This document shows positions 60,501 to 64,000 of a stretch of 64,000 nt of DNA, piece by piece. The position numbers and the translations under genes are program-made. The stretch comes from Balanoglossus misakiensis (taxonomy: Eukaryota > Animalia > Hemichordata). Below the pieces are notes generated by a model. The model was not told the origin of the DNA and did not search any database. It worked only from the letters and a program-made list of their open reading frames with translations. How positions within the stretch are numbered: the stretch's first letter is position 1; each line of letters starts with the position of its first letter. The stretch lies in contig CM082589.2 of assembly GCA_040954595.2 (NCBI GenBank), positions 9,498,894 through 9,562,893 of the forward strand. Direction: 5' to 3'.

Positions 60501-63500
60501 ACTTTCTTATGCGCATAGGCATATGTATGTGTTCAGCGCATCACAACAGAATTTTGTAAATGAACGAGGCTGTGTTTGGAAACAACTATGGAAATTTTAG
60601 AACTATCTCTCGATCTACAGAGTCTAGTGTAAAACTTTATTATGCACATAGGCCTATCTATGTATTATGCGCATCACAACAGAAATCGCTAAATAAACGA
60701 GGCTGTATTTGGAAGCAACCATGTAAACTTTACAACTATCCGTCGATCTACAGAGTCTGGTGGAAAACTTTCTTATGCGCATAGGCCTATTACGTGTTCT
60801 GCGCCTAACAACAGAATTCGGTAAATAAACGAGGCTGTTTGGAAGCAACCATGGAAATTTTTGAACTATCCGTCGATCTACAGAGTCTAGTGGAAAAATG
60901 TCTTATGCGCATAGGCCTATCGTGTGTTCTGCGCCTCACAACATAATTCCGTAAATAAACGAGGCTGTTTGGAAGCAACCGTGGAAATTTTAGAACTATC
61001 TCTCGATCTACAGAGTATAGTGGAAAACGTTCATATGCGCATAGGCCTATCATGTGTTATGCACATCACAACATAATTTTGTAAACAAACGAGGCTTTGT
61101 TTGGAAGCAACAATGAAAATTTTAGAACTATCTGTCGATCTACGGAGTATAGTGGAAAACGTTCATATGCGCATAGGCCTATATATGTGTTCTGCGCATC
61201 ACAACAGAATTTTGTAAACAATCGAGGCTTTGTTTGGACGCAACAATGGAAATTTTAGAACTATCTGTCGATCTACGGAGTATAGTGGAAAACGTTCATA
61301 TGCGCATAGGCCTATATATGTGTTCTGCGCATCACAACAGAATTTTGTAAACAAACGAGGCTTTGTTTGGAAGCAACAATGGAAATTTTAGAACTATCTC
61401 TCGATCTACAGAGTATAGTGGAAAACGTTCTTATGCGCATAGGCCTATCATGTGTTATGCACATCACAACAGAATTTTGTAAACAATCGAGGATGTGTTT
61501 GGAAGCAATCATGGAAATTTTAGAACTATCCGTCGATCTACAGAGTCTAGTGGGAAACTTTCTTATGCGCATAGGCATATGTATGTGTTCAGCGCATCAC
61601 AACAGAATTTTGTAAATGAACGAGGCTGTGTTTGGAAACAACTATGGAAATTTTAGAACTATCTCTCGATCTACAGAGTCTAGTGTAAAACTTTATTATG
61701 CACATAGGCCTATCTATGTATTATGCGCATCACAACAGAAATCGCTAAATAAACGAGGCTGTATTTGGAAGCAACCATGTAAATTTTACAACTATCCGTC
61801 GATCTACAGAGTCTGGTGGAAAACTTTCTTATGCGCATAGGCCTATTACGTGTTCTGCGCCTAACAACAGAATTCGGTAAATAAACGAGGCTGTTTGGAA
61901 GCAACCATGGAAATTTTTGAACTATCCGTCGATCTACAGAGTCTAGTGGAAAAATGTCTTATGCGCATAGGCCTATCGTGTGTTCTGCGCCTCACAACAT
62001 AATTCCGTAAATAAACGAGGCTGTTTGGAAGCAACCGTGGAAATTTTAGAACTATCTCTCGATCTACAGAGTATAGTGGAAAACGTTCATATGCGCATAG
62101 GCCTATCATGTGTTATGCACATCACAACATAATTTTGTAAACAAACGAGGCTTTGTTTGGAAGCAACAATGAAAATTTTAGAACTATCTGTCGATCTACG
62201 GAGTATAGTGGAAAACGTTCATATGCGCATAGGCCTATATATGTGTTCTGCGCATCACAACAGAATTTTGTAAACAATCGAGGATGTGTTTGGAAGCAAT
62301 CATGGAAATTTTAGAACTATCCGTCGATCTACAGAGTCTATAGTGGAAAACTTTCTTATGCACATATGCCTATCTATGTGTTCTGCGCCTCAAAACAGAA
62401 TTCCGTAAATAAACGAGGCTGTTTGGAAGCAAACATGGAAATTCTAGAACTATCTCTCGATCTACAGAGTCTAGTGGAAAACGTTCATATATGCGCATAG
62501 GCCTATCATGTGTTATGCACATCACAACAGAATTTTGTAAACAAACGAGGCTTTGTTTGGAAGCAACAATGGAAATTTTAGAACTATCTGTCGATCTACG
62601 GAGTATAGTGGAAAACGTTCATATGCGCATAGGCCTATATATGTGTTCTGCGCATCACAACAGAATTTTGTAAACAATCGAGGCTTTGTTTGGAAGCAAC
62701 AATGGAAATTTTAGAACTATCTGTCGATCTACGGAGTATAGTGGAAAACGTTCATATGCGCATAGGCCTATATATGTGTTCTGCGCATCACAACAGAATT
62801 TTGTAAACAAACGAGGCTTTGTTTGGAAGCAACAATGGAAATTTTAGAACTATCTCTCGATCTACAGAGTATAGTGGAAAACGTTCTTATGCGCATAGGC
62901 CTATCATGTGTTATGCACATCACAACAGAATTTTGTAAACAATCGAGGATGTGTTTGGAAGCAATCATGGAAATTTTAGAACTATCCGTCGATCTACAGA
63001 GTCTAGTGGGAAACTTTCTTATGCGCATAGGCATATGTATGTGTTCAGCGCATCACAACAGAATTTTGTAAATGAACGAGGCTGTGTTTGGAAACAACCA
63101 TGGATATTTTAGAACTATCTCTCGATCTACAGAGTCTAGTGTAAAACTTTATTATGCACATAGGCCTATCTATGTATTATGCGCATCACAACAGAAATCG
63201 CTAAATAAACGAGGCTGTATTTGGAAGCAACCATGTAAATTTTACAACTATCCGTCGATCTACAGAGTCTGGTGGAAAACTTTCTTATGCGCATAGGCCT
63301 ATTACGTGTTCTGCGCCTAACAACAGAATTCGGTAAATAAACGAGGCTGTTTGGAAGCAACCATGGAAATTTTTGAACTATCCGTCGATCTACAGAGTCT
63401 AGTGGAAAAATGTCTTATGCGCATAGGCCTATCGTGTGTTCTGCGCCTCACAACATAATTCCGTAAATAAACGAGGCTGTTTGGAAGCAACCGTGGAAAT

Positions 63501-64000
63501 TTTAGAACTATCTCTCGATCTACAGAGTATAGTGGAAAACGTTCATATGCGCATAGGCCTATCATGTGTTATGCACATCACAACATAATTTTGTAAACAA
63601 ACGAGGCTTTGTTTGGAAGCAACCGTGGAAATTTTAGAACTATCTCTCGATCTACAGAGTATAGTGGAAAACGTTCATATGCGCATAGGCCTATCATGTG
63701 TTATGCACATCACAACATAATTTTGTAAACAAACGAGGCTTTGTTTGGAAGCAACATTGGAAATTTTAGAACTATCTGTCGATCTACGGAGTATAGTGGA
63801 AAACGTTCATATGCGCATAGGCCTATATATGTGTTCTGCGCATCACAACAGAATTTTGTAAATGAACGAGGCTGTGTTTGGAAACAACCATGGAAATTTT
63901 AGAACTATCTCTCGATCTACAGAGTATAGTGGAAAACGTTCATATGCGCATAGGCCTATCATGTGTTATGCACATCACAACATAATTTTGTAAACAAACG
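39595..64000. repeat. Tandem satellite DNA, ~130-133-bp monomer, about 185 copies, higher-order organisation; runs off the window end
   Basis: Consensus TTTGGAAGCAACCATGGAAATTTTAGAACTATCCGTCGATCTACAGAGTCTAGTGGAAAACGTTCTTATGCGCATAGGCCTATCTATGTGTTCTGCGCATCACAACAGAATTTTGTAAACAAACGAGGATGTG; head-to-tail, one orientation, no foreign insertions seen. Confidence 0.99.

Noticed and set aside
39595-64000. Dozens of repeated ORFs (MFGSNHGNF..., MCLEATMEIL...)
   Set aside because: They are translations of satellite monomers; frames shift with the 130/131/133-bp lengths and no protein motif is recognisable.
39595-64000. CRISPR-like array
   Set aside because: Units are fully repeated with no unique spacers, there are no cas genes, and the context is eukaryotic.

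Overview
AT-rich eukaryotic DNA, probably from a marine invertebrate (inference from the transposon families; no prokaryotic features). Bases 1-39,594 are a dense, nested mass of transposable elements. They include a near-intact tyrosine-recombinase (Ngaro-type DIRS) retrotransposon with split direct repeats (3,912-9,853, minus), a foldback element with a 6-bp TSD (11,774-13,973), a three-level CR1/L2/Academ nest, Helentron-like repeats, a Gypsy integrase remnant, a second decayed YR retrotransposon and Tx1/L1-like LINE pieces. Hidden among these, and largely missed by the ORF track, are two 99-bp phase-0 ankyrin-repeat exons (14,514-14,612 and 23,292-23,390) and a candidate first exon (10,085-10,114). 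From 39,595 to the window end runs a ~132-bp tandem satellite with variable higher-order repeats and two variant domains, so the window looks like the edge of a centromeric or heterochromatic array. All family calls come from motif recognition by eye, not database searches. I found no clearly new biological system; the best leads are listed as findings.
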